64,000 nucleotides of DNA from an uncultured cyanobacterium (lineage in GTDB: Bacteria; Cyanobacteriota; Cyanobacteriia; Cyanobacteriales; Cyanobacteriaceae): positions 640,001 through 704,000 of the forward strand of contig CAVQBA010000004.1 in the NCBI GenBank assembly GCA_963710605.1, in the 5' to 3' direction. How positions within the stretch are numbered: the stretch's first letter is position 1; each line of letters opens with the position of its first letter. The notes under the pieces were generated by a model. It was given only the letters and a program-made list of their open reading frames with translations. It was not told the DNA's origin and did no database searches. Positions 63,940-64,000 of the stretch are shown in pieces. A program made the translations under genes and the position numbers.

Positions 63940-64000
63940 TCAACTTTTCCTTATTCTTCACTTTTTATCTCTATACACTTATGTAATCCTAACATTTTGC

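Overview
AT-rich cyanobacterial chromosome segment (psbB/psbT, plqA, cobN, cbiB, cbiET, rpsD, rps1, pnp, obgE, folD, recR, ruvB, nrdR). CGATCG is very frequent with variable flanks, which suggests a Geminocystis/Cyanobacterium-like Chroococcales genome (inference). The left edge is the junction of an integrative element: the 3' part of a tyrosine integrase, putative arm-binding repeats, and the 3' end of tRNA-Met. The most interesting locus is 15563-19032, a REP-bracketed cassette with three parts: a short phage-type PRPP-synthetase homologue, a NAMPT homologue, and an NrtR ADP-ribose-sensing repressor with two GT-N7-AC operators on its promoter. The cassette has no NMN adenylyltransferase, so it resembles a cellular version of the phage NARP1 (Adps+Namat) NAD+ reconstitution pathway. 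That assignment is a hypothesis. Intergenic DNA carries GTAG-family REP hairpins (some inserted in frame inside cobN), a 50-bp GC-rich mini-element, nested MITEs and heptamer tandem repeats. Several apparent gene lesions (ruvB, nrdR, nrtR, D27-like gene) fall on GATC/CGATCG contexts and may be methylation-linked sequencing errors. All product calls come from motif recognition by eye; no searches were run.
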